The notes under the pieces were generated by a model. The model worked only from the letters and a program-made list of their open reading frames with translations. It did not search any database and was not told the origin of the DNA. A DNA stretch of 53,150 bases from a virus (lineage: Duplodnaviria; Caudoviricetes), in IMG/VR virus record IMGVR_UViG_3300029290_000001, positions 1-53,150 of that record; one strand, written 5' to 3'. A program made the translations under genes and the position numbers. Within the stretch, counting starts at the first letter, position 1. Each line of letters opens with the position of its first letter. Shown here piece by piece: positions 36,369-45,673 of this stretch.

Positions 36369-37746
36369 GATTCGCCTTAGGGAACGTGACGCGCTCAGCC
36401 TCGACTTCCTCGAAGCTTAGGCCGGAGTCGGCGAGCGCGATCGACGCATCGGGATAGTGCTTCAGAAACCGGCGGATCGCGACATCGACATATTCAGGTG
36501 CGATTTCGACTGCACGGCAGCGCCGGCCCGTACGCTCGGCCGCAAGAAGTGAGGTGCCGGAACCGTTGAACGGCTCGAACACGAGATCGCCGGCGTCCGA
36601 GTAGGCGAGCATGATGTGCTCGGGCAGCGCAACCGGAAACACGGCGGGGTGATCGATGCCATCGCCGATCGTGCCCTTGTGGCGCATGATCCGGATCACC
36701 GAATCGGGAATCCGGGTGTCTTGGGTTGGCGCGCCGACGTGCGACCAGCCACCGACTTCGCCGTCCTTCTTGCGCATCGCGGTCGACGAGCCATCGGCGC
36801 GCAGATGCGATTCCTGGCCGGCGTGCTTGCACGGCACGATCTTGTTCGGACGCCGCGCTTCGCGGTTAAAGTGGAATACGAACTCGAAGCTCGGCGCGAG
36901 GCGGCCGTTCCAGTCACCGGGCATGCCGGGGCCCTGATCCCACACGTACCAGCCGAACCGTCGCCAGCCACTGGCCTGCATCCACTGCAGCCAGCCGTCC
37001 CAGTAGGGGATGACTTCATTGTCGCGATGGATCAGGCCGAGATTGACGAGCACCTGGCCATCGATGGCCATCGGCATTGCGGCAAATACGCCGCGCATCA
37101 AGCCGTCCCAATCGACGATCGTGTTCGTGTAGTCGCGCTGGCTGCCATAGGGCGGGCTGGTGAAGCACAACGATGAGCGATCCTGACCCATCAGCGTCGC
37201 GATGACCGCCGGATCGGCGGCGTCACCGCAGATGAGCCGATGCGTGCCAATCTGCCACACATCGCCGGAGCGAGTGACCGGCGTGGCGGGTGCCTCCGGC
37301 ACATCGTCAACATCATCGTCGCCGTCGACCGCCTCGGATTCGTTGTCGCCAAGCAGTTCAGTAATTTCGCTCCCATCGAAGCCGGTCAGCTCGAGGTCGA
37401 ACCCGGCCGCCTGCAGATCGGCCAGCTCGAGCGACAGCAGTTCACCATCCCAGCCTGCGCGTTCCGTGAGTTTGTTCTCCGCGAGGATGAACGCGCGCTT
37501 CTGCGTCTCGGACAGGTGCGCGAGTTCGATCACGGGCACGTCGGTCATCGCAAGCTGGCGCGCAGCGAGGAGTCGACCGTGACCAGCGATGACGCCGCGG
37601 CGCCCGTCGACCAGCACCGGGTTGTTGAAGCCGAATTCCCGAATGCTTGCCGCAATCTGGGCAATCTGCTCATCGCTGTGGGTGCGTGCGTTGCGGGCGT
37701 ACGGAATCAGCGACTCGATCGGGCGATAGTCGATGTGCAGGTTCAT
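36361..37746 (-). CDS. ParB-like N-domain + DNA amino-methyltransferase (SPPY)
   Basis: PYARNARTH, IAGHGRL, FTSPPY, HPAVFP, FEPFNGSGT. Confidence 0.92.
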   Translation of the reverse strand: MNLHIDYRPIESLIPYARNARTHSDEQIAQIAASIREFGFNNPVLVDGRRGVIAGHGRLLAARQLAMTDVPVIELAHLSETQKRAFILAENKLTERAGWDGELLSLELADLQAAGFDLELTGFDGSEITELLGDNESEAVDGDDDVDDVPEAPATPVTRSGDVWQIGTHRLICGDAADPAVIATLMGQDRSSLCFTSPPYGSQRDYTNTIVDWDGLMRGVFAAMPMAIDGQVLVNLGLIHRDNEVIPYWDGWLQWMQASGWRRFGWYVWDQGPGMPGDWNGRLAPSFEFVFHFNREARRPNKIVPCKHAGQESHLRADGSSTAMRKKDGEVGGWSHVGAPTQDTRIPDSVIRIMRHKGTIGDGIDHPAVFPVALPEHIMLAYSDAGDLVFEPFNGSGTSLLAAERTGRRCRAVEIAPEYVDVAIRRFLKHYPDASIALADSGLSFEEVEAERVTFPKANHA

Positions 37747-37753
37747 CGAGGAG

Positions 37754-37789
37754 AAAAACAAAACCCGCCAGGCAATGCACCGGGCGGGT
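37754..37789 (-). terminator. Terminator in the late-operon leader (tR'-like)
   Basis: ACCCGCC(CGG)...(CCT)GGCGGGT then TTTGTTTTT, 8 nt before first late gene. Confidence 0.7.
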
Positions 37790-37963
37790 CGAGAAAAATG
37801 GAAATGGGGGCGGGACAGGCCGCTTTGCCGCGTTCACACGACTGTCCAGACGATAGCGGAAATCCTACGCGAAAACGCCCGAAGTGTTGCACGTGTTCAA
37901 GCGTGCAAACCGGACAAACACCTCAAACCGTGGACAAATACGAAAGGCGTTACCCTACGTGGC

Positions 37964-38458
37964 TCAATCTTTCGGTGGCGGACGATGGTATCCACACTCG
38001 ACAAGCTGAATTGTCCTCAGCAGGTCGTACTGTTCTGGGATGGCGTTCTGTGAGACGAGGCCATAGCCGCGAACTGCTTTGCATATCTCGCCAACAAGGC
38101 TATCCAGATTGACCACCAATCCACCACCGACGGTTGCGTGATTACTTGGACTCGCTACCAGGATCGCGACCTTCTCAATTGGCACCGCTGAATCGTGAAG
38201 CCAAGGGAAGACGGTCGTCTTGATATACCGTTCACCCGCCATGAATTTCTTCTGGAAGCGGATTTCTCGTTTGTCCCACGTGTGAGCATCGAGCGATGGC
38301 TCCAGGTGAACAAGATGGGCTGGCTCATGGCGATAAGCCACGATGTCGAGCTCGCATTCATACCCGCCATTTTCGCGACGCCCAACAAGTATGTTGGTTC
38401 GGACGATATAGCCCTGCCAAGCGTAGTATTGCCGGATCAAGTTCTCGAGGTGGTTCAT
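37964..38458 (-). CDS. Restriction-endonuclease-fold (PD-(D/E)xK-like) moron
   Basis: LENLIRQYY..QGY.V..N...ELDIVA...HLEPS; more AT-rich than flanks; AAGGA RBS. Confidence 0.6.
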   Translation of the reverse strand: MNHLENLIRQYYAWQGYIVRTNILVGRRENGGYECELDIVAYRHEPAHLVHLEPSLDAHTWDKREIRFQKKFMAGERYIKTTVFPWLHDSAVPIEKVAILVASPSNHATVGGGLVVNLDSLVGEICKAVRGYGLVSQNAIPEQYDLLRTIQLVECGYHRPPPKD

Positions 38459-38511
38459 CGGTTATCGTTCCTTGGTCGACTGGCGAACCCGTAGCTTCCA
38501 ACCTGTATCAC

Positions 38512-38889
38512 CTATTCGGAAGGGAGTTTATTCGCAATTTCCTGCAATGCCCGACGCCAGCGTCGCCATGCGGTCGTGCGGCAGCAGCCGATGCGCCGGC
38601 CGATGTCGGGCCACTCGTACTGCTCGGCACGCATCCACACGAGGTAGCGCTGCTCGACCTCAAGCCACTGCACCCACTTCATCGTCTCGAGCATGCGGTC
38701 GATTGCGGCGGGCGAGGGCGGCGGTGGACGATATTCGCGATCCTCGTTGGCGAGCGCTTCCCATTCCCGGCGCGCGAATGCCGGCCAGACGTTGAAGTAG
38801 CCGTGCACGCCCACGCGAGGCAGCCGCCGGCTGGTGTCAGCCGCTTCAGCAAACCGGGCGGCCACGGCATCGATGTCCCACTCAGCCAT
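38512..38889 (-). CDS. Late-gene regulator candidate (DUF6362-like, C-terminal sigma70-region-4/Q-like HTH)
   Basis: WLEVEQRYLVWMRA...W..IGRRIGCCRTTAWRRW; last early gene before late leader. Confidence 0.65.
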   Translation of the reverse strand: MAEWDIDAVAARFAEAADTSRRLPRVGVHGYFNVWPAFARREWEALANEDREYRPPPPSPAAIDRMLETMKWVQWLEVEQRYLVWMRAEQYEWPDIGRRIGCCRTTAWRRWRRALQEIANKLPSE

Positions 38890-39091
38890 GACGACCTCCG
38901 GCGGCACCGTAGAGCCGGTTGCCGATGCGGCGCACGAATTCACGCTCGATGAAATCCAGCCGCTCATCGTGCTCGGCGATGACGAGGATGCGCTGGCGCT
39001 GCCAACCGTCACGCTTGGTCGCCTCCACATCCATGGCCGTCGGCTGATGGCGGGCAAGCGAGGAAGGGGAATGTGGGACCGGGATCTTCAT
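38882..39091 (-). CDS. Conserved small phage protein
   Basis: 69 aa MKIPVP...KRDGW...LYG; coupled to neighbours. Confidence 0.6.
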   Translation of the reverse strand: MKIPVPHSPSSLARHQPTAMDVEATKRDGWQRQRILVIAEHDERLDFIEREFVRRIGNRLYGAAGGRHG

Positions 39092-39092
39092 C

Positions 39093-39557
39093 TCATTCCC
39101 CCTGCGTCTCGATGGCCCAGTACAGCAGCGCCAGAGCATCGGCTTCGTTGTCATCGGTCGGACAGTGGCCACGCCCGCCGACCGACGCGATCATCTCGTC
39201 CTTGCCCGCGTTGCCCTTGCCGGTCGCGTGCTTCTTGATCGTGCCGACCGGCACGCCCTGGTACGGGATCTGGTGGTGCTCGCACCACGCGGTGAGCGTG
39301 GCGAGGAAGCCACCGTAGGCGTGCGCGGCGTCGACGCCGGCGTGCCGGCGCACCTCCTCGAAATACAGCGCGTCGATGCCGTCCACATGTGCTTTCAGCT
39401 CGGTCAGCCAGCGTTTGAAGCGCAGGAAACGCATGCCGCCGCCTTCGAAGCGCTGCGGCTTGAAGCACTCGCTGCCGCTGGTGACACTGCCATCGCTGCT
39501 GCGCAGCGCCCAGCCGGTCGTGGTGCCCAGATCGAGGGCAAGAATCGTTGTTGTCAT
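39093..39557 (-). CDS. RuvC-like Holliday junction resolvase
   Basis: ILALDLGTTTGWA, FEE, IKK.ATGKGNA.K, NEADALA. Confidence 0.85.
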   Translation of the reverse strand: MTTTILALDLGTTTGWALRSSDGSVTSGSECFKPQRFEGGGMRFLRFKRWLTELKAHVDGIDALYFEEVRRHAGVDAAHAYGGFLATLTAWCEHHQIPYQGVPVGTIKKHATGKGNAGKDEMIASVGGRGHCPTDDNEADALALLYWAIETQGE

Positions 39558-39588
39558 CGTTGCAGTCCTTCGTTCGTGTTCTCGTCCG

Positions 39589-39687
39589 GGTGACCGAAGG
39601 TGACCGGCTTGCAGATTGCGCTCTATGCCTGCGCGCGTGTACGCGCGTAAAGAGGTTCAATCCGTGGGCGGGCCACCTTCGGTCACC
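39589..39687. repeat. ~99-bp nested palindrome (candidate replication origin)
   Basis: GGTGACCGAAGGTG (39589-39602) / CACCTTCGGTCACC (39674-39687); inner GATTG/CAATC, CTCT/AGAG, CGCGCGT-GT-ACGCGCG. Confidence 0.75.
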
Positions 39688-39692
39688 GTGGG

Positions 39693-41960
39693 TCAGTCGT
39701 CGCGGTACGGCAGGCGTGTGCCGTAGTCCTTGGGCTTGAGCGACAGGCCCGCCAGGCCCTTGACGCCACCGTGCAGGCGCGCGCGACCGAAGCCCCGATT
39801 GGCAAGCTGCTGGGCCAGCCAGCGGCTGGTGCCCACGTACTCGCCTCGCCGCGTGGCCCACTCTTGCCAGCGCTGGAACACGTCGGCCACGGCCACGCGG
39901 GCCTGATCAAAGCGCTGCGCTTCCTCGTCGAGGAAGTCGCCGATCGCGTCCTCCTCGTCGAAATACTCCTCAGTGGCTGACACGACGCTGGCAGGCGGAT
40001 TCAGCCCGTCGCGCTGCCATTTCAGGCACCCCTCGACTGCCCACGCGAGGATGCCGTCGCGTTCGGCCAGCAGCTTCTCGGTGAGCTGACCATCGCGCTT
40101 CTCGGGCGGGATCGTCACCGTGAATGGGATCAGGTGCAGCCGACGCTTCATTGCCTCGTCCACGTTGCGGATGGCCGGCTTGTGGTTCCCGGCGATCACC
40201 AGCTTGAACTGCGGCAGGTACTCGAAGAAGTCTTGACGCATGAAGCGCGCGGAGACCTTGTCGCCGCCGGTGATGGCCTTGACCTTGGATTCGTTCCAGC
40301 GCCGGCCTTGCTCGGTTTCGATGGAGGACACGAAGCGCGCTCCGCGCAGACCCGCCAGATCGGTCGGATGGCGGTCGCCGCGCGCCTCCATGAAGGTGTC
40401 CATCGGCGCGCTGGTGGCGTAATCGCCCAGGATCGTAGTCAGCGTGTTCACGAATACCGACTTGCCGTTCGCGCCCGTGCCATACAGGAAGAACAGCGCG
40501 TGTGCGCTGGTCGCGCCCGTGAGGCAATAGCCGACCATCCGTTGCAGGTAAGCCTGCAAGGCGGCGTCGCCGCCGGTGATGTCGTCGAGGAATGCGCGCC
40601 AGCGGGCACAGTCCCCGCGCGGTGCGGCGGTGGCCAGCTTGGTCATCCGCTCGCGCCGATCGTGCGGCTTGATGCGCCCGGTCTTCAGATCGACCATGCC
40701 GCCCGGCGTGTTGAGTGCGAACAGGTCGGCGTCCCATTCCTCCGACGTGGAAGCGTGCCGGCGATCGGTGCGCGCCAGACGTTCGACCCCGCCGACGGTG
40801 CTGCTTGCCGCGAGCTTGGCGGCGAGGCGGTGCGAATCGGCCTTGAGTGCCGCCTCGCGGCAGATCGCGCGGATCAGGTGATGAACGAGCAGCGTTTCGT
40901 CGGCCTGCCAGCGGCGACCGTCCCAGACCAGCCATCTGGCCCAGGCCGCACAGTAGCGCCAGTCCTCGGCGTAGCGCGATGTGAAGGCCAGCGCCAGCGC
41001 GTCGTCCGTCGCCCAGACGGAGGGCTCCTGCGTCGGCGTGATGCTGGTGGGCTTGATGCTCATGCGCGGCCCGCCGGCCAGGACGCCCGCGACGTCGAAG
41101 CCTTCGGCCACGGCGTCGGCCGCGTCCCAACCCTCGGGCCGGTCGTCGGGCGGCAGCAGCACGTCGCAAGACGTGGCTCCGGAGACGAGCGCCGCCTGCG
41201 CGGTCGCCATCGCGTAGTCCCAACCCGGTTTGTCGCGGTCGGGCCAGATGAGCACGGCCTTGCCGGCGAGCGGCGACCAGTCAGTCTTGTCGACCGGAGC
41301 GTTGGCACCGTGCATCGCGGTGGTCGCGCAAACACCGAGGTCGATCAGCGCCTGCGCGCATTTTTCGCCCTCGACCAGCACGACGGCATCGGCGATGGCG
41401 ATGCCTGGCTGGTTGTACAGCGGGCGCGGCTCGGGCGGAGCCATCTTGCGGCGGCGCGCGTCCCACGGCCGGAACTCCTTCTTGCCGCCGGGCGGGTCGT
41501 AACGGTAGACGACGGCGATGAGCTTGCCCTCGGCGTCGAGGTAGTCCCACTTGTCCGTGGCCGGGCCGAGCTCGTCGACCGGCGGCGCCTTCTTCGGTTT
41601 AGTGGTTGGAAGTTCGCGCACACGGCCGAGCACGCGTGCTGCCTCGTCCAGCACGCGCGCAAAGTCGTGCTGCGCATCGATGCCGTGGTGGGCGGAGATG
41701 AGGTCGAACACGTCACCGCCGTCGCCGGTGGCCCGATCAGTCCACAGGCCGGTCTTCTCTCCTTCGAGCACGACCTCAAGGCTGTCGCCGGGATTGCCCA
41801 GCACGTCGCCGATCAGGAACTTGGCGCGCCGCTTTCTGCCAGCCGGGAACAGCGCCAGCAGTACCGCCTCAATGCGCGCGAGCAGTTCGGTGCGGATCGC
41901 TTCACGCTCCCCGTCCTGGTCGCGTTCGGGGGAGGGTGGGGTGTCATTGAAGTCGATCAT
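39693..41960 (-). CDS. P4-family primase-helicase (TOPRIM + D5/SF3 helicase)
   Basis: LVEGEKCA, IWPDRDKPG, Walker A GTGANGKS, AMKRRL. Confidence 0.93.
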   Translation of the reverse strand: MIDFNDTPPSPERDQDGEREAIRTELLARIEAVLLALFPAGRKRRAKFLIGDVLGNPGDSLEVVLEGEKTGLWTDRATGDGGDVFDLISAHHGIDAQHDFARVLDEAARVLGRVRELPTTKPKKAPPVDELGPATDKWDYLDAEGKLIAVVYRYDPPGGKKEFRPWDARRRKMAPPEPRPLYNQPGIAIADAVVLVEGEKCAQALIDLGVCATTAMHGANAPVDKTDWSPLAGKAVLIWPDRDKPGWDYAMATAQAALVSGATSCDVLLPPDDRPEGWDAADAVAEGFDVAGVLAGGPRMSIKPTSITPTQEPSVWATDDALALAFTSRYAEDWRYCAAWARWLVWDGRRWQADETLLVHHLIRAICREAALKADSHRLAAKLAASSTVGGVERLARTDRRHASTSEEWDADLFALNTPGGMVDLKTGRIKPHDRRERMTKLATAAPRGDCARWRAFLDDITGGDAALQAYLQRMVGYCLTGATSAHALFFLYGTGANGKSVFVNTLTTILGDYATSAPMDTFMEARGDRHPTDLAGLRGARFVSSIETEQGRRWNESKVKAITGGDKVSARFMRQDFFEYLPQFKLVIAGNHKPAIRNVDEAMKRRLHLIPFTVTIPPEKRDGQLTEKLLAERDGILAWAVEGCLKWQRDGLNPPASVVSATEEYFDEEDAIGDFLDEEAQRFDQARVAVADVFQRWQEWATRRGEYVGTSRWLAQQLANRGFGRARLHGGVKGLAGLSLKPKDYGTRLPYRDD

Positions 41961-42208
41961 TCGGCTTCCTCAACAGGCGCATCCTCATCATGTGCCCCAC
42001 GCCCTTGAGCAGCGGCGCTGAGCGCGGCCCACGCGGACAGTTCGGACAGTCGATAGCGCACCAGTCCGCCCAGCAGGTAGTGCGGAATCCGGTACTTACT
42101 GCGCATCGCGTGGTCAGCGAACCAGTAGTACGGCAGGCGCAGCGCGGCGGCGGCCTGCTTGGCATCGATCATCGGCTCGATGACGTCGACCGGGTGTTGG
42201 TCGTTCAT
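41957..42208 (-). CDS. Excisionase-like small DNA-binding protein
   Basis: IDAKQAAAAL...IPHY.LGGLVRYRLSEL.AW. Confidence 0.65.
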   Translation of the reverse strand: MNDQHPVDVIEPMIDAKQAAAALRLPYYWFADHAMRSKYRIPHYLLGGLVRYRLSELSAWAALSAAAQGRGAHDEDAPVEEAE

Positions 42209-42942
42209 GCTTGCATCCTCCAGCAACGGTCCTGCCAGGCACACATCCGGCATTCGAAATGGGTGGAATCGGCGAAGGCGCGCGGCAGCAACTCGCCGGC
42301 CTCCGTCGCGGTGATGACTTTCACCGCCCGATCCGACATGCGCTGGGCGAGTGCGCCGTCAAACTGCACGAGCTCGGCGTAGATCTCCATCGAATCGGCG
42401 TTCACTGCCGTGAACAGCGCCGGGTGCTCGTGCAGGTCGAGATAGGCTTGGTAGAGCGCGACCTGCGCTGCGTAGACCGGCTTGGCCACCGCGAGCCGGT
42501 GCTTCTCCAGCTCGCGGAAAGATTTCGCGCCGAGGCACTTGTTCTCCCAGAGCGTCGGATACCGGAAGCCTTCCGGGCCGGCAACGATCACGCCGTCGAC
42601 GTGGCCCTGAAGCCGTCCGTCCGCCGCCTCGAAGCCGAACTGCTCCCCATCGCTCTTGCGCGTGCGCAGATCGAAGCCGGCCGCACGCAGCCAATCGACC
42701 ATGCAGTCCTCGATCACGTGACCGCGCTCGAAGATGCGCAGCATGCGGCCTTCGACGTTGCGACCTGGATCGACCGGCGCATGCGCGTACTCGTACTGCA
42801 GCGCGCGCTCGCACGCCACGCCCAGGCGCGACGCGCCGAGGTACTGCCGCGAGGCTTGCTGTGCGCGCGCACGCTGCATCCCGAGGTCGACCAGCGCCGT
42901 AACCTGGCCGGAGAGCGTGGCCGAGGCGTTGAAATCCATCAT
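42205..42942 (-). CDS. Cas4-like PD-(D/E)xK exonuclease
   Basis: LGASRLG.ACER, GHVDG, WENK, QVALY, C-terminal CRMC...C. Confidence 0.8.
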   Translation of the reverse strand: MMDFNASATLSGQVTALVDLGMQRARAQQASRQYLGASRLGVACERALQYEYAHAPVDPGRNVEGRMLRIFERGHVIEDCMVDWLRAAGFDLRTRKSDGEQFGFEAADGRLQGHVDGVIVAGPEGFRYPTLWENKCLGAKSFRELEKHRLAVAKPVYAAQVALYQAYLDLHEHPALFTAVNADSMEIYAELVQFDGALAQRMSDRAVKVITATEAGELLPRAFADSTHFECRMCAWQDRCWRMQA

Positions 42943-43406
42943 GGCTTTGTCTCCCACGGCAGGTCGTCCTCGAGATCGGCGAACGGATCGCTGACGGCTT
43001 GCTTGATACCGTGTACCGGTGGCAATCGGGTCGCCTCGTGGTGTTCGACCATCGCTTCCGTGTAGCAGGTGACGATGGCGTCGATCACCTGGAGCGCCTC
43101 GGCTTCCGAGTAGGCACCCAGGGGCTTGTGAAAGCCGATGTATCCGGCCGCTTCACCGAAGGCCTTGAGGCATCGGCGCATCGCGGCCCGCTCGATTTCA
43201 GAGGCGTCGATCATCGCGATCCCTCCCTTGAAGCAGTACCCATCCTTGATTTGTGCCCAGCTGCCGTACAGCGTGTGGAACGCGTTTTGGCAGCGGCGCG
43301 AGCAGAACACCCAGTCCAGGGGATAGCGCCGCGGATCGCCGACCCCATGACGGCTGTCGGCATGACCGTATCCGCGCGCCTGTCGTTTGCAGACCCAGCA
43401 TTTCAT
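42939..43406 (-). CDS. Conserved phage protein (DUF6511-like, CxxC...CSxxC)
   Basis: MKCWVC...FCSRRCQ; acidic tail DLEDDLPW. Confidence 0.65.
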   Translation of the reverse strand: MKCWVCKRQARGYGHADSRHGVGDPRRYPLDWVFCSRRCQNAFHTLYGSWAQIKDGYCFKGGIAMIDASEIERAAMRRCLKAFGEAAGYIGFHKPLGAYSEAEALQVIDAIVTCYTEAMVEHHEATRLPPVHGIKQAVSDPFADLEDDLPWETKP

Positions 43407-43415
43407 CCGCCCTCC

Positions 43416-44039
43416 TCACTGCGCCCAAGCGGGCTTGCCGGTGGCCGGAGCCGGGTGGGATGCGACAGGTGCGGGAGCACGTGGCGCGGCCGGTGCGCCG
43501 GAGGTGCCGCCGCCCGGCGTCTTCTGCGGTACAGGCAGGCCGAGCGCCTGCGCGTACTCGGGCGTCCCCGGTTCGATCGCGAGCTTGACCACGTTGCGCA
43601 GCTCGCCCTTGGCGTCCTTCTCGACATCGATGCGGCCGACGAATTCCAAACCGTCCAGTTCGTGCAAACCCTGGATGCGGCGCGCGGCCGCCGCCTGCGG
43701 ACCAATGTCCTGGGGAGGGACGTTGCGCGCAGAGTTCAGCGCGGCGCGGATGAAGCTGCGGCCCATCTGCCCCCAGGTCGGGCCCTTGGGGCTGTACAGG
43801 CCGACGTTCGACCACAGCTTGCGCTTCGCGTACTCGCCCTCCAGCACCACGAACTCGCAGGCGAGGTAGACCGAGCCGGTTTCGAAGCTCTGCGTGGCGT
43901 AGCCGCCAACCCAGCCCTGGTCCGGGTCGTCGTAGCCGCCCGGCTTGATGGTCATGCGCAGGCGGGCGACGGTGCCCTTGGGGATGAGATCAAAGTCCTG
44001 CTGCTGTTCTGCGTCGTTGAAATCGTTCCAGGTGGTCAT
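43416..44039 (-). CDS. Putative single-stranded DNA-binding protein
   Basis: FDLIPKG, G.YA.RKLW, P/A-rich tail ending KPAWAQ; follows AAA_24-like gene. Confidence 0.65.
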   Translation of the reverse strand: MTTWNDFNDAEQQQDFDLIPKGTVARLRMTIKPGGYDDPDQGWVGGYATQSFETGSVYLACEFVVLEGEYAKRKLWSNVGLYSPKGPTWGQMGRSFIRAALNSARNVPPQDIGPQAAAARRIQGLHELDGLEFVGRIDVEKDAKGELRNVVKLAIEPGTPEYAQALGLPVPQKTPGGGTSGAPAAPRAPAPVASHPAPATGKPAWAQ

Positions 44040-44042
44040 GGT

Positions 44043-44912
44043 TTACTCCTGCGCGGATGCATTGGTTTCGGTGGTGGCAGCCGGGCGCGTGAAATCGAGC
44101 CGCTCGGGCACGGGGCGGGCGGCACTGGCGATCTTCTGCATCAGGCGGCCGAGGTGCGGCTCCTCGACGAGCTCGAGGCGGCCGGAGCGATCCTTGGCGG
44201 GATAGCCCCAGGGGTTCAGCGTGTGGCAGACGAAGGCGCGGTACCCCGTGCCGTCCTCGGCCTTCAGTTCGGCGAGCGTGATGACCTCGTCGACGATGCC
44301 GGGCAGTTCCAGCCCGGTCTTGGAGCCGTCGATCTGCAGCTGCTGGATGCGGCGGTTGTAGTCGTCGACCTTCTCCTCGAGGATGCCGACGAACCAGACG
44401 TTCCGGCCCCGCGTGTGCTGCAGGTGGGTGAGCCAGGCGATCATTTCCTGGCCCAAGAGGCCGTAGGCGCCTCGGGCATCCGGCTTGCCGGTCTTCTCCG
44501 AATAGGCCTGTGGCTGGCCCTTGCACCACTGCAGGCACAGGCGCCCGGCGACCGTGATCGAGTCGACGAAGATGGTTTGGTATTTGCCGAGCTGGGCCGG
44601 ATCGCCGTAGCGGGCGCAGACGGCGTCGAAATGCGCCTGGCTGAACGGCTGGTCTTCGCGCAGCGCCGGGTTCGGGCCGCCGATGAACACGGCGAGGTCG
44701 CAGCATTCCCGCCAGGTGCGCGGGCGGACGGTGTCGCCGGCCCAGCCCTCGACGGCCAGGTCGCCGGCCTCCAGGTCCATGAACAGCGTCGAGTCGGCAT
44801 CGAGCGCCCACAGTTGCGAGGTCTTGCCGATGCCGGCCTTGCCGACCAGCACGCCCTTGACGCCGCGCCGCTCGGCCAGCCGTTGGTCGGCGGTAATGAT
44901 CGGGAGCGCCAT
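44043..44912 (-). CDS. AAA_24/Sak4-like recombination ATPase
   Basis: GKAGIGKT, IFVDSIT, AKDRSGRL. Confidence 0.85.
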   Translation of the reverse strand: MALPIITADQRLAERRGVKGVLVGKAGIGKTSQLWALDADSTLFMDLEAGDLAVEGWAGDTVRPRTWRECCDLAVFIGGPNPALREDQPFSQAHFDAVCARYGDPAQLGKYQTIFVDSITVAGRLCLQWCKGQPQAYSEKTGKPDARGAYGLLGQEMIAWLTHLQHTRGRNVWFVGILEEKVDDYNRRIQQLQIDGSKTGLELPGIVDEVITLAELKAEDGTGYRAFVCHTLNPWGYPAKDRSGRLELVEEPHLGRLMQKIASAARPVPERLDFTRPAATTETNASAQE

Positions 44913-45670
44913 CACGCCACCTCCTTCAACTGCTCGGCGACCGCCGGGTTCCACAGGATCTGGTAGCCGCTGTGGCCGTTGCGCGAGTACGGCATGGCTT
45001 CGGCCCAGGCTTCGCCTGCCTCGGTCAGCTCCCACTCGTCGCGATCATTGCGCATCTGCAGCCCGTGACGCGCGAGCCGCTGGTTGGCGGCCTTTGCCGA
45101 GATGCCAAGAATCTGGCCGACCTGCGTGGCGTTGAGCGAACAGATCGGGGCGTCGGCGGCCGGCAGTGCGCGGCGCAGTGTCTCGACGGCAATGCCGGTG
45201 TTCTCGTGGATGCAGGTCAGCGTCGCCGCCATCGCGATGCCGACCTTCACGCCGGGCACCTTGGCCACGGCCTCGCCAATCAGCAGGATCGAGGAGACGC
45301 GGTCCTGGGTCGGCGCCGGAAGCGCAGCCACGGCGTTCGGCATCGCGTAGGTGCCGGTCCTGCGGATGGTCGGAAGAACCTCATGCGTGACCCAGCGCTT
45401 GAAGCGCTTGGCCTCGGGCTTGCGGCTCTTGAGGATCGCCGAGTAGAGACCGGACTCGTTGATGACCAGCATCTCTTGATCGCCTGAGGGGGTACGCACA
45501 ATCTGCGTACCCTTTTCGTCGTCATCGAGCGAGCGGGTCATGTCGCTGGCCATGCGGTATTCAAGGAACTGGGCGACGTCGGCCGCGACGAACCACGGCT
45601 CGCCCTGGGCATCGGCCACCACACGGACCTGCCGGCCCTCGAAGTCGAACGGGATCAGTTGGGTGCTCAT
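44912..45670 (-). CDS. BRO-N antirepressor-like protein
   Basis: EPWFVAADV, INESGLY..IL.SRKPEAKRFKRWVT.EVLP.IR.TG.Y. Confidence 0.92.
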   Translation of the reverse strand: MSTQLIPFDFEGRQVRVVADAQGEPWFVAADVAQFLEYRMASDMTRSLDDDEKGTQIVRTPSGDQEMLVINESGLYSAILKSRKPEAKRFKRWVTHEVLPTIRRTGTYAMPNAVAALPAPTQDRVSSILLIGEAVAKVPGVKVGIAMAATLTCIHENTGIAVETLRRALPAADAPICSLNATQVGQILGISAKAANQRLARHGLQMRNDRDEWELTEAGEAWAEAMPYSRNGHSGYQILWNPAVAEQLKEVA

Positions 45671-45673
45671 GGA

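Noticed and set aside
40134-42008. 624-aa plus-strand ORF
   Set aside because: Antisense shadow of the primase-helicase
42205-42942. Cas4-like gene as sign of CRISPR-Cas
   Set aside because: No array or other cas genes; lies in a phage recombination module
42999-44966. 655-aa plus-strand ORF
   Set aside because: Antisense shadow of well-supported minus-strand genes in high-GC DNA; no motifs
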